Assembly (NCBI GenBank): GCA_051362555.1
Contig: CM120644.1
Location: forward strand, 9,246,954-9,310,953
Direction of reading: 5' to 3'
Source: Lingula anatina
Taxonomy: Eukaryota; Animalia; Brachiopoda
DNA: 64,000 bases
Both the position numbers and the translations under genes were made by a program. The notes under the pieces are model-generated. The model did not search any database, was not told the origin of the DNA, and was given only the letters and a program-made list of their open reading frames with translations. This document shows, one piece after another, positions 61,789 to 64,000 of this stretch; the first letter of the stretch is position 1, and each line of letters begins with the position of its first letter.

Positions 61789-63621
61789 ATGGTTCCAGGA
61801 GGCCTATTTCTTGTCTGTGCAAGTTTGCTGGTCGCTGTACCCTCAATATGCCAAGGGGCATGTTCCATCAATCCTTACTGCTCAGACTGTGCTAATTATA
61901 CTGAAGAAGGACAGACTAAATGGAGATTCTACTGCAACCCTTACAGTGAGTATTTTATAGATCCTTCGCACTTTACGGCTACCAACGATACGGTCGATTT
62001 ATTTCAAGTCAGTTCTTTTTCATCGAGTTCTACACTTACCATCAACAGTGGCGCTTTCCAAAACATCCCTAATATCGTACGTGTAAACATAAGGAACCCG
62101 ATAGGCACCAGTCCTTCTATAGATTCACTGGCTTTCTATTACGGTGTACAGAACAGCCTGCGAACTTTGTTTTTTCGGAGCTCATACATTGCCGCCGTCC
62201 CCTCAGCCTTGACATATCTAACGGCTTTACAGGAGCTGGACCTGGGATACAACAGTATAACTGGTGACCCATCAAACTACCTTAGTTACCTGACATCACT
62301 CCGGGCGCTGTGGCTTGACAACAACTATCTACTGAGTAGTATCCCAACGTCCTTTCAACGCCTGACTAATTTAAGGAAATTGTCTCTCGGAAGCTGTAAC
62401 CTCAACCAAAGTTCAGTGACGTCATTCGGCAACCTGCCCACGTCTTTAGAGTGGCTAAACGTTTATAATAATCGACTGTATGAAATACCTCTTGGTATTG
62501 GCTTGCTTCAAAATCTGACCTATCTAAACATGAAATACTGTTATCTGAACTCTCTCTCGGACAACGTCTTCCTCAGTCTAAAGAAGCTGGAGATCCTAGA
62601 TCTAAGTCGAAATCCTAGTATCGTTTCCACTTTGAATGTTCTTGTCAATCAGAAGTCGTTAAAGATTCTCAGGCTCTCCCAAATCAGTTCGTCTTTAACA
62701 GACATACCTGATGCAATATCAGGAATGGAACAGCTGGTAGAACTTGACCTAAGCTATAATGGAATACAAGAATTAAATCATGGTCAATTTGCCAAACTGA
62801 TACAGTTAAGAAAACTCAGGCTGAACCACAATGAAATAGGTTCTTTCGATCCGCTGTCATTCCAAAATTGTGTCCAACTGGAGGAACTAGACGTAAGTTA
62901 TAATCTTATACACGAAGTGAGCCAGATCCTTTTTGTCCCTCAGTCCCTAAGGAATCTTAACTTGAACGGAAATAAATTTGAAACGTTTGACAAGTGCACT
63001 ATTTCAAACTTACTGGCATATCTTCAGAAGTCCTACATTTCACGCGACCTTTTCAATTGCGATTGTGGCTTGGCCTGGGTTCGAAAGCTGTCAGCGTTTT
63101 TCGGCTCCAGGGTAAGTTTTAGTGGATCGTGCTACGTCCCAACGGAGCTATATGGCGAGTCATTGTCTTCATATCCCCTAGATGGTTGCACGCCTGAAGA
63201 CGAAAGTTTTGAAAGCTGCAACGTTGTCATGACGCCTGAGGCTTCGTTCGTCAATTCAGTCCAACTATCCGGTCTTCAAAAGGACCTCAGTAGCGTTCAA
63301 ACTATCACAACCGTGTCGGTATCTGTCGCCGTTGTCGCCCTCCTGGCATTTGTCGCTACTATTGCTATGCTGCTGGCATGCTTCTTCAAGCGAAGAAAAC
63401 GAGTGCCCTCAAATGGGAGGAGCCAGAGCCACGTCAATCAAGGTCTCCAACTATCGGAAGCTGCCAAGGGTGAAAGGTCACCTGAAGGTCAAAGTTCTGG
63501 AGATAGTCTGTATCAGAACACGGATGGGACGGCCAGCAGAGGCCCTAGTGCCGACTATGAACCTTTGAGGAAGACAGGCGGGGCTGGAAACAACACGGAG
63601 GCCATTACGACTCCCCTGTAA
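61789..63621 (+). CDS. G6: type I membrane LRR receptor, short form with a shortened stalk and frameshifted extreme C-terminus (610 aa)
   Basis: The true start is ATG 61789 (MVPGG...), after acceptor AG 61778-61779. The ORF-track start at 61660 is a GTG in intron sequence. Tail carries YQNT and YEPL, then shifts frame. Confidence 0.92.
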   Translation: MVPGGLFLVCASLLVAVPSICQGACSINPYCSDCANYTEEGQTKWRFYCNPYSEYFIDPSHFTATNDTVDLFQVSSFSSSSTLTINSGAFQNIPNIVRVNIRNPIGTSPSIDSLAFYYGVQNSLRTLFFRSSYIAAVPSALTYLTALQELDLGYNSITGDPSNYLSYLTSLRALWLDNNYLLSSIPTSFQRLTNLRKLSLGSCNLNQSSVTSFGNLPTSLEWLNVYNNRLYEIPLGIGLLQNLTYLNMKYCYLNSLSDNVFLSLKKLEILDLSRNPSIVSTLNVLVNQKSLKILRLSQISSSLTDIPDAISGMEQLVELDLSYNGIQELNHGQFAKLIQLRKLRLNHNEIGSFDPLSFQNCVQLEELDVSYNLIHEVSQILFVPQSLRNLNLNGNKFETFDKCTISNLLAYLQKSYISRDLFNCDCGLAWVRKLSAFFGSRVSFSGSCYVPTELYGESLSSYPLDGCTPEDESFESCNVVMTPEASFVNSVQLSGLQKDLSSVQTITTVSVSVAVVALLAFVATIAMLLACFFKRRKRVPSNGRSQSHVNQGLQLSEAAKGERSPEGQSSGDSLYQNTDGTASRGPSADYEPLRKTGGAGNNTEAITTPL

Positions 63622-64000
63622 TTTATAAGTAATGTGTAAAGTTATCCAACTTGTTACTATTGGATCTTCGTTTTTATAAATATTTGCCTCGTGATTTGTT
63701 ACCTACTTCGCTTTTATGTTTTATTTGTTTTATTAGATTTTGGTTTGATCAGGTCAGGTAATAATGTGCAGATATGGATTTATTAGGTGCGTAAACACAA
63801 ATATCTATATTGTCAGATCATGGATGTGCCAGTGCTCACTAGTGTTTTAGTGTATAACCTGACACATGCCCACTGTATGGGCACTAATGCCGTGGAGCAT
63901 AAACTCTTAATAAAGTACAAATATTATTCCAATAGATAGACATAGCTTTCCTAATAATATCCCTGTTTATATTTACTGGAGAGAATTTGATTTGCGACGA

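Noticed and set aside
17703-63621. Calling the genes TLRs, VLRs or Slit/chaoptin orthologs
   Set aside because: There is no TIR domain, no incomplete germline gene with flanking cassettes, and no EGF or Ig domains. Generic LRR similarity does not justify a gene symbol.

Overview
AT-rich animal genomic DNA, with microsatellites, GT-AG splice signals and many small DNA transposons. It is probably from an invertebrate, but the taxon cannot be fixed from the sequence. The window is a head-to-tail (+ strand) tandem array of at least seven paralogous genes for TIR-less type I membrane leucine-rich-repeat receptors, each with a single coding exon. It holds the 3' tail of copy 0 (2-112), five intact ORFs (G1 17703-19592, G2 24970-26982, G3 36759-38792, G4 45810-47696, G6 61789-63621) and one pseudogene (G5 ~56657-57948). 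The architecture is signal peptide, Cys cap, ~13-16 LRRs, LRRCT, Thr/Pro stalk, TM helix and an ~80-aa tail with Tyr motifs (YQN, YEP[L/M/F], HY). The copies look like sequence mosaics of one another. They come in long and short LRR-number forms, differ in their tail tyrosines and sit behind two apparently unrelated promoter/first-exon classes (A: G1-G3; B: G4-G6). A near-identical 6.5-kb tandem duplication (4278-17285) copies only the upstream region of G1. The spacers hold Harbinger-, Kolobok-, piggyBac- and Tc1-type non-autonomous elements, several supported by empty sites in paralogous units. The best candidate for a novel system is the cluster itself: a diversifying LRR immune or allorecognition receptor family that may signal through tyrosine motifs (function inferred, not shown).
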